A stretch of DNA of 41,538 bases from Alphaproteobacteria bacterium (GTDB lineage: Bacteria; Pseudomonadota; Alphaproteobacteria; 16-39-46; JAJRRM01), in contig JAJRRM010000080.1 of NCBI GenBank assembly GCA_024279475.1, forward strand, positions 1 to 41,538, given 5' to 3'. This document shows positions 9,719 through 19,520 of the stretch, piece by piece. The first letter of the stretch is position 1; each line of letters begins with the position of its first letter. The notes under the pieces were generated by a model that worked only from the letters and a program-made list of their open reading frames with translations, ran no database searches and was not told the DNA's origin. A program made the translations under genes and the position numbers.

Positions 9719-10541
9719 ATTTTTCAGCCTTTTTCGGAGGAACAGTAGAACCAGCCAAAATACCACCGTCAATATCTAATTCTGCGCCTGTTATATAGCG
9801 TGCTTCATCTGATGCAAGGTAAACGCTTGCCCAAGCAACATCATCTGGATGACCGGCCTCTTTTAAAGGCACCTCAGAAATAAGGTGCTTGAGTGTTTCT
9901 TCTCTCTGTTTTCCTGCCCCTAAAATAGGATCCCACATAGGAGATAAAATGAAAGCTGGCATAAGGGTATTGCAGCGAATTTTCCAACCTTGAGAAGCAC
10001 AGTAAAGCGCTACACTTTTTGAATGATTTCTTATAGCAGCTTTACTAGCAGCATAGGCTGCCGCCATAGGAATACCTACTACACCGGAACGTGAACTTAG
10101 ATTAATAATAGACCCTGTTGGTGTTATATTTTCTTCTTGAGCCTTCTTTACCATAGCTTTTATAGCTTGTTGACATCCCAACATCGTACCTTCTACATTT
10201 ACTGCTTGAATATAGCGCCAATCATCTAAAGAAACATTTAAGACATCCTGTGGACCAAAAGAATCTGAAAAACCAATAATACCAGCACTATTAATAAGAA
10301 CATCCCATTGACCAAGTTCCTTAAGAATTTTTTCTTGAGCCTGCTCCCACTCTTTCTTTTTTGTAACATCTAAGTGCACAAATAATGCACCAAGTTTTAA
10401 AGCAACACTTCTACCCTTGGTCTTATTTATATCTGCTATAACAACTTGAGCACCTTCATCACAACACCGTTGGGCACACGCTTCTCCTATACCGGAGGCA
10501 CTTCCTGTTATAACAACAATTTTACCTAATAACCGACCCAT
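9708..10541 (-). CDS. SDR family NAD(P)-dependent oxidoreductase
   Basis: TGSASGIG, NSAG, YAASK and ITG..L.IDGG motifs. Confidence 0.93.
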   Translation of the reverse strand: MGRLLGKIVVITGSASGIGEACAQRCCDEGAQVVIADINKTKGRSVALKLGALFVHLDVTKKKEWEQAQEKILKELGQWDVLINSAGIIGFSDSFGPQDVLNVSLDDWRYIQAVNVEGTMLGCQQAIKAMVKKAQEENITPTGSIINLSSRSGVVGIPMAAAYAASKAAIRNHSKSVALYCASQGWKIRCNTLMPAFILSPMWDPILGAGKQREETLKHLISEVPLKEAGHPDDVAWASVYLASDEARYITGAELDIDGGILAGSTVPPKKAEKYAD

Positions 10542-10627
10542 TTTTTGTCCTTAACGGGCAATCTTAACACTGTTTATTTCATTTTACCAAAAAAAATTAC
10601 CGAAATGAATAAAAATTTGGTATACCT

Positions 10628-10721
10628 GGAGCGGGTAGCCCTAGACAAAAGAGCTTAGGAATCCGGTCAGATCTGGAAGGAAGCAGCCGTACTTTGATTT
10701 TTTGGGTTAGGTGCTACCTCT
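10628..10721 (+). ncRNA. ffs: Signal recognition particle RNA (4.5S)
   Basis: Domain IV motif CCGGTCAGATCTGGAAGGAAGCAGCCG, closing stem GGTAGC-CCTA/TAGGTGCTACC, and the usual position just upstream of dnaX. Confidence 0.9.
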
Positions 10722-10756
10722 AACACTCTTATAGCAGTAATATAAAGGTTCTTGAT

Positions 10757-12391
10757 GTGAAAGCATCTTATAAAGTTTTAGCCCGCGCATATCGTCCTGT
10801 AAGTTTTGAAGATAGCTTTATGGGGCAAGAGACAACCGTTCAGATTTTATCGAATGCTATAGAAGCAGGTCAATTACCTCATGCAATTATTTTTTCAGGC
10901 ATTCGAGGTGTTGGTAAAACGACTACAGCACGTATTTTAGCCCGGACAATAAACTGCTCTAACCTCACTTTTGAAAATAAGAAGCCAAAACCATGTGGTA
11001 TTTGTAATAGTTGTACGGCTCTCTTAAAGGGCGATTGTTTAGATGTCGTGGAAATGGATGCAGCTAGTCGGACGAGTGTGGAAGATATAAGAGACTTGAT
11101 AGAGTCCCTACCCTATAAGCCCTTATTATGTAAGTATAAGGTATACATCATAGATGAAGTCCATATGTTATCTAAAAGTGCTTTTAACGCTTTGCTGAAA
11201 ACTTTGGAAGAACCTCCTGAGCATATTAAATTTATTTTTGCCACCACAGAGCTTCATAAAATACCTGCAACAATTTTGTCACGCTGTATGCGTTTTAATT
11301 TAAGAGCCTTTACCAAAGAAGAGTTGAAAGCGTATTTGCAGCGTATTTCCAAAAAAGAAAATATTTATTTGGAAGAAAAAGCGTTGGATCTTGTCGTAGA
11401 GGCGGCTAGAGGGTCTGCCCGTGATGCTCTATCCTTACTAGATCAAGCACGCCATCTAGATAATAAAATAGTTACGACAGACCAAATGCGCAGCATGCTA
11501 GGTAAAGCAGATTTTTTAAAGGTTCTTTCCTTGTTTGAAAATATATTAGAAGGGAAGGTCTCACAGGTTTTCTTTACTTTGCCACAGTTTTATCAAGAAG
11601 GGTCTAATGCGCAAGAGCTTTCTAAAAGTCTCTTAGATATAATTTATCAATTGAATAAAATAAGAGTAGCCGCGGCCGCTGCACAGCTTGAGTCTTTCTC
11701 AAAGTCAGAGCAAGAATACTTACACCGATTGGCAAAAGATTTAACAACACCTCTATTGCAGAGCTTATGGCAGGTAACAGCAAAAGGATATGAAGATATA
11801 AGAAGATCTCCGCTACCTGAAGCTGCTTTTGAAATGCTTATTATTCGATTAATGCATGTGAAAGAAGTTCTTTTACTGCCCTTATCTGAAACTCCAGCCT
11901 CTCCTCTTTCTTCAGAAGGTCAAAATATCTCTTCTATGCATGCAATAGATCGTTCTCCTAAACTTGATACTACAAGGGAGGAAAAATTAGAGAGCTTTGA
12001 AGAAGAACACTCTAAAATAGAAATACCACCTACCTTTGAATCTTTATTATGTCTTCTTAGAGAAAAAAAAGAGCCCTTGCTAGCCTCGCATTTAATGCAA
12101 GACGTGCATCTTATTTCTTATGAACCCTTTAAGTTAAACCTTAAACTAACAGACCATGCACCAAAAGACTTATGTAGGCAGTTAAAGGAACGGCTGAAAA
12201 ACTGGACGGGGAAAGAGTGGACGGTGGAGCAATCTAAAGAAGGTGGGGCTGCAACTCTCTATCAACAAAAAGAAGAAAAACTGCAAACTCTAAAGAAAAA
12301 AGCTTCACAGGCTCCTTTAGTTAAAGAGGTGTTGGAAGCTTTTCCAGGAGCAAAGGTTGTTAAAATAAGTCCGATTCTACACAATGCATAA
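10757..12391 (+). CDS. dnaX: DNA polymerase III subunit gamma/tau
   Basis: YKVLARAYRP, Walker A GIRGVGKTT, zinc Cys cluster, IIDEVHML and SRC. GTG start. Confidence 0.97.
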   Translation: MKASYKVLARAYRPVSFEDSFMGQETTVQILSNAIEAGQLPHAIIFSGIRGVGKTTTARILARTINCSNLTFENKKPKPCGICNSCTALLKGDCLDVVEMDAASRTSVEDIRDLIESLPYKPLLCKYKVYIIDEVHMLSKSAFNALLKTLEEPPEHIKFIFATTELHKIPATILSRCMRFNLRAFTKEELKAYLQRISKKENIYLEEKALDLVVEAARGSARDALSLLDQARHLDNKIVTTDQMRSMLGKADFLKVLSLFENILEGKVSQVFFTLPQFYQEGSNAQELSKSLLDIIYQLNKIRVAAAAAQLESFSKSEQEYLHRLAKDLTTPLLQSLWQVTAKGYEDIRRSPLPEAAFEMLIIRLMHVKEVLLLPLSETPASPLSSEGQNISSMHAIDRSPKLDTTREEKLESFEEEHSKIEIPPTFESLLCLLREKKEPLLASHLMQDVHLISYEPFKLNLKLTDHAPKDLCRQLKERLKNWTGKEWTVEQSKEGGAATLYQQKEEKLQTLKKKASQAPLVKEVLEAFPGAKVVKISPILHNA

Positions 12392-12429
12392 TACATACTT
12401 TATTAAATAGTTAAGAAAGGGAAAATCCT

Positions 12430-12753
12430 ATGATGAATATTGGTAAAATGATGAAAAAGGCTCAGGAGCTTCAAGTTAAAATGGAAGAAGCTCAATCAGA
12501 ACTAAAAAGCCTTGAAGTTGAAGGTACATCCGGCGCAGGTCTTGTAAAGATTATATTAAGCGGAAAACATGAAATGCGAAGTGTTTCAATAGATTCGTCT
12601 CTTGTAGAGCAAGGAGAAAAAGATATGTTAGAAGATCTAATTCAAGCAGCTTATAATGATGCTTTGACAAAAGTTCAGGGAGAAACGCAAGAAAGAATGG
12701 CTGCTGCTTCAGGTGGTTTAGATTTGCCCGGTGGCATGAAACTTCCTTTTTAG
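12430..12753 (+). CDS. ybaB: YbaB/EbfC nucleoid-associated protein
   Basis: MMKKAQELQ...GAGLV...DMLEDLIQAA, located between dnaX and recR. Confidence 0.95.
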   Translation: MMNIGKMMKKAQELQVKMEEAQSELKSLEVEGTSGAGLVKIILSGKHEMRSVSIDSSLVEQGEKDMLEDLIQAAYNDALTKVQGETQERMAAASGGLDLPGGMKLPF

Positions 12754-12785
12754 GATGGATAACTAAATAAAGTAAAGAGCAGCTA

Positions 12786-13397
12786 ATGTCCCTAAGTAGT
12801 CTCGAAGAACTGATTCGCATATTATCCAAGCTTCCAGGATTAGGGCCACGATCCGCACGTCGAGCTGTTTTGTATTTATTAAAAGATAAGCATCGCAATT
12901 TTTTTCCTCTTCTAGAAAATCTTAATCAAGTAGCTTCTACTATTAAAACCTGTGGTATTTGTGGAAATATAGATATAACAGATCCATGTAACATTTGCAG
13001 CTCAACTAGTCGTGATAACACTATACTATGTGTTGTTGAAGATGTGGCAGACCTCTGGGCTCTAGAACGTAGTGGTTCTTATAGAGGTTTGTACCACGTA
13101 TTGGGTGGAACCTTATCCGCTTTAGATGCTAGAGGACCAGAAGAAATCCGATTACCTTACTTGCTAGATCGTTGCCAAAAAGCCAATCCTCCTTTAGATG
13201 AAATAATCTTAGCTCTAAATGCTACAGTGGATGGACAAACTACAGCTCACTATATTGCATCTAGCCTTCAAAAACGAGAAATAGATATAAAAATTTCCAG
13301 ACCCTCTATAGGACTTCCTTTGGGCGGAGAATATGACTATATGGATGATGGAACAATTATGTCAGCATTCCAGGCACGTCAAAAATTTAATGCATAA
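12786..13397 (+). CDS. recR: Recombination mediator RecR
   Basis: LPGLGPRSA HhH motif, C4 zinc finger, Toprim CVVE and YHVLGG. Confidence 0.97.
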   Translation: MSLSSLEELIRILSKLPGLGPRSARRAVLYLLKDKHRNFFPLLENLNQVASTIKTCGICGNIDITDPCNICSSTSRDNTILCVVEDVADLWALERSGSYRGLYHVLGGTLSALDARGPEEIRLPYLLDRCQKANPPLDEIILALNATVDGQTTAHYIASSLQKREIDIKISRPSIGLPLGGEYDYMDDGTIMSAFQARQKFNA

Positions 13398-13456
13398 AAA
13401 GAGTCAAAAGCAGATAAAAATTTCTTTTTCTAAAAAAGAACAGCTTATTATTAATC

Positions 13457-13543
13457 AAAATTTAGGCATTTATACTCCTTAAAAAATACTAAATAAAAGC
13501 TTCTTTCTTCCAATTTTAATTCTTGTAATAATGCCTAAATTTT
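13457..13543. repeat. 14-bp perfect inverted repeat, 59-bp spacer
   Basis: AAAATTTAGGCATT (13457-13470) / AATGCCTAAATTTT (13530-13543). Confidence 0.7.
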
Positions 13544-13821
13544 CCCCTTAACTCACATAGCTCTACATTTATATAATAAACTTATCCTATTGCTCTTATA
13601 AAACTAATCGAATATACGTATATAATAGAGAGTTTAAGCTCATGATTATAACGAGATCACTGCATAAGTAGGTAAAAAAGTTTGCCATGACACCTACAGA
13701 CGTCTATCTTTTAAAATGTGAGTTTGAGCTAAAAAAAAGGTTTGCTGTCTAAGATATATTAAAAACAGACATGTCAGATGAGTCTTATAAAGTGTAGTCC
13801 TAATAAAAATGGAGAAAAATA

Positions 13822-14388
13822 ATGCTAAGAGTAGGTGAAAAATTCCCTGAATTTAAATTAAAAGCAACTTCAGCTAAAAAACTTGCTGAGTTGAACATTG
13901 ATAACGTATTTATTGATGTACATAATAAAACTTATAAGGGTAAATGGCTGGTAGTATTTTTCTATCCCAAGGACTTTACATTTGTATGTCCAACTGAAAT
14001 TGCTGCATTTGGTGATTTAATTGAAGACTTTAAAGATCGTAATACACAAGTTCTAGGTGGAAGCACAGACAGTGAGTTTGTTCATTGGGCTTGGCGCAAA
14101 CATCAAGATGAATTAACTGATTTGCCATTTCCTTTGTTGGCAGATATAAAACGTGAACTAACTTCAGAACTTGGAATTTTAGATATGGTCGAAGGGGTGG
14201 CACAACGTGCAACATTTATTGTAGATCCCACTGGTATAATTCGTCATGTAAGTGTTAATGATTTGAGTGTAGGACGCAACCCTAAAGAAACCCTCCGTAT
14301 TTTAGATGCATTACAAACTAATGAGCTTTGTCCATGCAATTGGAGTAAGGGAGAAGAGACTATCAACTTACATACGGCTACTAAATAG
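13822..14388 (+). CDS. ahpC: Peroxiredoxin AhpC
   Basis: FYPKDFTFVCPTE and C-terminal ELCPCNW. SD GGAGA upstream. Confidence 0.93.
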   Translation: MLRVGEKFPEFKLKATSAKKLAELNIDNVFIDVHNKTYKGKWLVVFFYPKDFTFVCPTEIAAFGDLIEDFKDRNTQVLGGSTDSEFVHWAWRKHQDELTDLPFPLLADIKRELTSELGILDMVEGVAQRATFIVDPTGIIRHVSVNDLSVGRNPKETLRILDALQTNELCPCNWSKGEETINLHTATK

Positions 14389-14419
14389 GGACGTAAGGAG
14401 AATTTTTGTTTATAAAAGA

Positions 14420-15260
14420 TTTTTTATGCTTTTACCCTGTGCTCCTTTGTTTCATGTGCCACTGCGCCAAGTTCTGACCAACCAACTTTGTGCCCTCTCT
14501 TTCTAATAATATAACACAGGGGGGATGCTTTAGTGATGCAATTTCTGCATGATTTTATACCAAAGGAAAAATCTGCTGAAGAGATTTTCTACTCATTTAT
14601 AGCCTCTCACTATCATAATACTCTATTAGATGCGTTAGAATTAATTCTTAAACCTTTTGGTAATTTTAAAAATAAATTCGCAGGGATAAGTCACATTTAC
14701 CATGGTTTTTCTATATTACAAGAATCAATAATATAATTGTTGATGGATCTGAGGTTTCTTTTGCAGGAATACCAGTGCTTTCTTACACATGGAGGCAAAT
14801 ACAGCATGATCATGGAATGCCCTCCAAAAAATCGATTGAGTTCTATAAAAAAAGAATTTCAAGCAGGTTTTAGTTGTACGACATCCCATGAGAGTTTTCC
14901 GCGAATATATGGGCTTAAGAAATACTAGAACGGAAGGTAAGACAGAAAATATTTCCAAATTTCATCTAAAAAATTATGTGAAATTTTTTTGGCATGCTTT
15001 GAATAATCAGAAAGATCTTCATATCATAAAGTACGATTCTATAATGATTTCTCCTGTTAAAATACTTAAAAGTCTAGAAAAATATGTAGGTATAAAGACT
15101 ACTGATTTAGAAATAAAAAAATGGGGGGGGATATAAAAGGAAATTGAAAATATACGCTTAGTATCCTTTAACTTTATTATACTTAAGAAAACATACTTAA
15201 AGAAAGAAAACTTTCTAAATAACAAGTTTCATGAGGAATATCAAAGGAGCTATCTATTTT
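14420..15260 (+). pseudogene. Degraded sulfotransferase-domain gene
   Basis: Short ORFs in shifting frames. KQVLVVRHPMRVF resembles the 3'-PB motif and LHIIKYDSIMISPVKILKSLEKYVGI resembles YEDL..P...L..I..FLG. A frameshift lies in the A-run at 14847-14853. Boundaries are approximate. Confidence 0.5.
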
Positions 15261-15381
15261 AATGCACTATCAACCGTTTTCCATCTTCACCAAGCGCCCT
15301 CATCATTTCTGAGAGTTTTATACTCACCGGTATATCGATTATCTTTTCCGCTATAAATTATAGATGAAACATTAAAAAAAT

Positions 15382-16227
15382 TTATAGATTTTTATTGTTT
15401 TTATCATTACTCCTTCTTTTTAATTTACTATAATTCCCCGACGATTTTTTCAGCAATTTAGCATGTGCTTTACAGCTAAAAAATATAGAAACAAAATATA
15501 TACCACATACAACAGATAATGTTATCCATGGCATTGAAATTAAACTAGCAGCAAAAATTCCTACAGTAAGTAGCAATGGTAACACCCATTTTGGGGATAC
15601 CGTATACCCTTTTATGGAGAAAGTTGGCAAGCGACTTACACACAATGAAGCTACTAGTGCTACATATAAAAAAACAATCACAGGATGAAAGCGAAAATCA
15701 CTAGAGATAGATATAGATATATAAATAGGGAGTAATAATAAAAAAGCTGCTGTTGGTGCTGGAACCCCTGTAAAAAATTTCTGCTCCCATAATTCAGGTA
15801 TTTTTTTCTGAGAAACGAGATTAAGTGTATTAAAACGAGCTAATCGCAAGGCCATACAAACTACATAAAAGAGCGCAATTATCCACCCTATATTTCCCAA
15901 TACTTCTAAAATTCTTAAATATAGAACAATAGCTGGAACAACACCAAATGAGACCATATCTGACAAAGAATCTAGTTCACCACCAAAATGCGAACTCTGC
16001 CCTAAAAAGCGCGCTACTTTTCCATCTAAAGCATCAAGAACACCTGCTACTAAAATAGCTATTACAGCTAGCTCCCATTTGTCCTGCAAAGCAAATCTTA
16101 TAGCTGACAAGCCAGAGCAAAGTGCTGCTAAAGTTACAATGTTAGGCATAAGTCTGGCGATAGAAAAATTCTGTTTAAGAGATTTTTTAAATCGTCTGTT
16201 TTTTCCAGGCATATTTTTATCCTTCAA
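15382..16227 (-). CDS. pssA: CDP-diacylglycerol--serine O-phosphatidyltransferase
   Basis: DALDGKVAR...GGELDSLSDMVSFGVVP, LRLARFN and FTGVPAP. Follows psd. Confidence 0.95.
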   Translation of the reverse strand: MKDKNMPGKNRRFKKSLKQNFSIARLMPNIVTLAALCSGLSAIRFALQDKWELAVIAILVAGVLDALDGKVARFLGQSSHFGGELDSLSDMVSFGVVPAIVLYLRILEVLGNIGWIIALFYVVCMALRLARFNTLNLVSQKKIPELWEQKFFTGVPAPTAAFLLLLPIYISISISSDFRFHPVIVFLYVALVASLCVSRLPTFSIKGYTVSPKWVLPLLLTVGIFAASLISMPWITLSVVCGIYFVSIFFSCKAHAKLLKKSSGNYSKLKRRSNDKNNKNL

Positions 16228-16939
16228 GTATTCCTATAGTAGGCATTGTTTTTTTTAATGATAAATCAGCTAAAATAGTCTCACCAGCAACGCTTGTTTG
16301 TCCTTGGCATACAAGTGGTACAACCTGGGGAGGCAAAAAAATATCTACACGGCTACCAAATCGAATCATACCAAAGCTCTGCCCTTTTGAAAACTCGTCA
16401 CCTTTTTTAGTTTCTCGTGTTATTCGTCTAGCAATAAGGCCTGCAATCTGTGTGAAAGCTATCAATTTTTTACTTTTTTTATCTTCCATGACAAATAATT
16501 GCCGTTCATTATGAGTACTTGCTTTATCTAGACTTGCATTCAAAAACTTACCTGGCACATACACAACTTCTTTAATTTTTCCAGACACAGGAACACGATT
16601 CACATGAATATTAAAAACATTCATAAAAATACTAATACGCCAAATTTTATCATTATTCCCCAGTTCTTTTGGCTTAGAAGTTAGTTCTTTTGGCCAAGTT
16701 ACTTGTTTAACTAGCTGGACCAAACCATCTGCTGGACAAACAACTAAACCTTCTATATTTGGCACAACACGTTTAGGATTTCGAAAGAAATAAAAGCACC
16801 AGACTGTTGCTAAAAATCCTACACAACCTAAAAGATTAGAAAAAGAAAAAAGAAGAATAGATACAATAGTAAATAAAAAAAGAAAGAGATATCCTTCTTT
16901 ATGTACGGGAGGGAAAATTATTTTTAACATATTATGCAT
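16217..16939 (-). CDS. psd: Phosphatidylserine decarboxylase proenzyme
   Basis: YFFRNP, PADG, IHVNRVP and the self-cleavage motif RFGSRVD. Confidence 0.95.
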   Translation of the reverse strand: MHNMLKIIFPPVHKEGYLFLFLFTIVSILLFSFSNLLGCVGFLATVWCFYFFRNPKRVVPNIEGLVVCPADGLVQLVKQVTWPKELTSKPKELGNNDKIWRISIFMNVFNIHVNRVPVSGKIKEVVYVPGKFLNASLDKASTHNERQLFVMEDKKSKKLIAFTQIAGLIARRITRETKKGDEFSKGQSFGMIRFGSRVDIFLPPQVVPLVCQGQTSVAGETILADLSLKKTMPTIGILEG

Positions 16940-17055
16940 AGATTCTCTTCCATTTATACTCGATTAAAACCAGAAAAAACTGTACAGTTGCTTTGCAAGT
17001 GCGTTATATCTCTAGACCATAGCGTGTTCATTATAAATATGGAAGATACTTTTTT

Positions 17056-18831
17056 ATGGCTAAAAAACCAATTTTAACAGAATCTAGTTTTGCCTTGTGC
17101 CGGCGTATTTTTAAAACTTATATATACCCCCACAAAAAAAGAATTTTATTTGCCTTCTTATTTATGATAATTGCGGCAATTACAACTGGTGCTACAGCAA
17201 AACTCATGGAACCTATTGTTAATGATATTTTCCTTAACAAGCAAAAAGATCTTCTTTTTCCTATTGCTTTTACTGTTTTTTTTATCTTTGTTATAAAAGG
17301 ATTTTCTATCTATGGTGAATCTATAGCCATGAGCTATATTGGTCAGCGCTTAATAACAGATTTGCAAAAAGATCTCTTTAAAACCCTCTTATATGCTGAT
17401 TTATCCTATTACCATAAACATCCAAGCGGTGAATTAATCTCACGCTGTGTAAACGATGTAGGGATTATGCGTCAACTTGTTCACTTTATCCTTACAGCTG
17501 CTGGAAAATATATATTAACGATCATTGCGCTGGTTGGCGTTATGTTTTGGCAAGATTGGGTATTGGCTAGTGTGTCTTTCATTGTCTTCCCTTTAGCTAT
17601 CTTACCTATTTCTCGTATAGGAAAACGTATGAGAAAAATTTCTGGCAATACTCAAAAAGAAGTAGCTTCTTTGACAAGTCAATTATCCCAAGTATTTCTT
17701 GGTACCCGCGTCGTTAAGTCCTATACCATGGAAAATTATGAATTAGGACGTTTATCTACTTTAGCAGAAAAAATTATGAATCTTAGCTATAAAGGTACAC
17801 GAATTAGATCTTGGGCATCTCCTATGATGGAAACATTAGGTGGATTAGCTATCGTAATAGTCATTGTTTATGGAGGGTTACAGGTAATGAATGGAGATAG
17901 GACACCTGGAGGTCTTTTTTCTTTTCTTACTGCTCTGTTGTTAGCTTATGATCCAATGAAGCGCATCGCAACACTAAACGCTAATTTACAAGAAGGTCTT
18001 GCTGCAGCTGAGCGTGTCTTTCATATGATAGATATTGAACCAAAAATTAAAGATACCCCAAATGCAAAAATAATGCTGCCTATTGATAAAAGTATTTCTT
18101 TTCAAAATGTTACATTCAAGTATAACACAGATAGTTTAACTGTTTTAAAAAACATAAGTATTACTCTGAAAAAAGGAAAAACATATGCTTTTGTTGGTGG
18201 AAGTGGCGCTGGTAAATCTACGCTATTAAATCTCCTTTTACGCTTTTATGATACAATAGAGGGTAAAATTTTATTTGATGATCAAGATATAAAAAAAGTT
18301 ACTTTAGAAAGCTTGCGTAAAAATACCGCTTTAGTAAGCCAAGATATCATCCTTTTTGATGATACAGTTGAAGCAAATATTCTCTATGGAAGACCTAGTG
18401 CCTCTCAAAAAGAGGTTTTAGAAGCAGCAAAAGCAGCTGCCGCTCATACTTTTATTAAAGAATTACCCAAAGGATACGATACTATCGTAGGAGAACAAGG
18501 CGTCCTACTTTCAGGTGGACAACGCCAGCGTATTGCTATTGCTCGTGCTATCTTAAAGGATGCCCCTATTCTTTTATTAGATGAAGCAACTTCTGCTCTA
18601 GATAATAAGTCTGAACGCTTAGTTCAAAAGGCCTTAGAGAAACTCCAAGAAGGTAGAACATGTCTTATTGTAGCACACCGCCTTTCTACAGTACAAAATG
18701 CTGATTGTTTGTTTGTTTTAGAAAATGGAAAAATTATTGAGGAAGGAACGCACACGCACCTTCTCAAGAAAAAAGGTGTTTATGCAAAATATCATGCTAT
18801 GCAATTCCAAGAAAATGAGGAAGTTACATGA
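17056..18831 (+). CDS. msbA: Lipid A export ABC transporter (MsbA-like)
   Basis: TMD plus NBD (GGSGAGKST, LSGGQRQR, DEATSALD). First gene of a lipid A operon. Confidence 0.85.
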   Translation: MAKKPILTESSFALCRRIFKTYIYPHKKRILFAFLFMIIAAITTGATAKLMEPIVNDIFLNKQKDLLFPIAFTVFFIFVIKGFSIYGESIAMSYIGQRLITDLQKDLFKTLLYADLSYYHKHPSGELISRCVNDVGIMRQLVHFILTAAGKYILTIIALVGVMFWQDWVLASVSFIVFPLAILPISRIGKRMRKISGNTQKEVASLTSQLSQVFLGTRVVKSYTMENYELGRLSTLAEKIMNLSYKGTRIRSWASPMMETLGGLAIVIVIVYGGLQVMNGDRTPGGLFSFLTALLLAYDPMKRIATLNANLQEGLAAAERVFHMIDIEPKIKDTPNAKIMLPIDKSISFQNVTFKYNTDSLTVLKNISITLKKGKTYAFVGGSGAGKSTLLNLLLRFYDTIEGKILFDDQDIKKVTLESLRKNTALVSQDIILFDDTVEANILYGRPSASQKEVLEAAKAAAAHTFIKELPKGYDTIVGEQGVLLSGGQRQRIAIARAILKDAPILLLDEATSALDNKSERLVQKALEKLQEGRTCLIVAHRLSTVQNADCLFVLENGKIIEEGTHTHLLKKKGVYAKYHAMQFQENEEVT

Positions 18832-19520
18832 AAAAATCTTTAAAGTACCTTATGAACAAACCAAAATTTGTAAAGTTTTTAGGTATTCTTGCTTCTCTTT
18901 ATTTGCGCTTTGTGTATTTAACTAGTTCTTGGAAATATGAAGGTATAGAATATCCAGAACAATTAATTAAAGAAGGAAACCCCTTTATTCTCTGCTTTTG
19001 GCATGGACGTTTAATGATGCTTCCTTTCTCTTGGAAATGGAAAAAAAAACACCTCTGTCATATGCTAATCTCTTCTCATCGTGATGGACGCCTAATTGCA
19101 GAAACTATTAGAGCGCTTGGAATGGAGTCCTTTTCAGGATCAAGTTCTAAAAAAGGCAGTAAAGCTTTTAGAGCTATGATCCATCTTTTAAAAAAAGGAA
19201 AGTATATAGGCATCACGCCAGACGGCCCAAAAGGCCCTGCCTTTGAATCAAAAGAAGGGTTGATAAAAGCCTCCTATTTAGCCCAAGCACCTATTGTTCC
19301 TATTACTTTTTCCACTTCACGCAAGAAATTTATGAAAACTTGGGATACGTTTTTATTAGCTAAACCTTTTAGCCGCGGAATTTTTTTATGGGATAAACCT
19401 ATTTTTCCTCCCCAAAAAGGAAACGATATAGATTTTACAAAGTTCAAGGATACAGTTACACAATCTTTACAAGATATTTGCGAAAAAGCTGACCGGAAAG
19501 TAGATAATAAGCATGTTTAA
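18828..19520 (+). CDS. DUF374 lysophospholipid acyltransferase family protein (LpxJ-like)
   Basis: FWHGR, SSHRDG and ITPDGPKGP motifs. ATGA overlap with msbA. Confidence 0.85.
   Translation: MKKSLKYLMNKPKFVKFLGILASLYLRFVYLTSSWKYEGIEYPEQLIKEGNPFILCFWHGRLMMLPFSWKWKKKHLCHMLISSHRDGRLIAETIRALGMESFSGSSSKKGSKAFRAMIHLLKKGKYIGITPDGPKGPAFESKEGLIKASYLAQAPIVPITFSTSRKKFMKTWDTFLLAKPFSRGIFLWDKPIFPPQKGNDIDFTKFKDTVTQSLQDICEKADRKVDNKHV

Noticed and set aside
12063-12070. A8 run in dnaX at about codon 436 as a gamma/tau frameshift or slippage site
   Set aside because: It is not the A_AAA_AAG heptamer, has no properly spaced SD or evident 3' hairpin, and lies within the conserved C-terminal domain. A-runs of this length are common in this AT-rich sequence.
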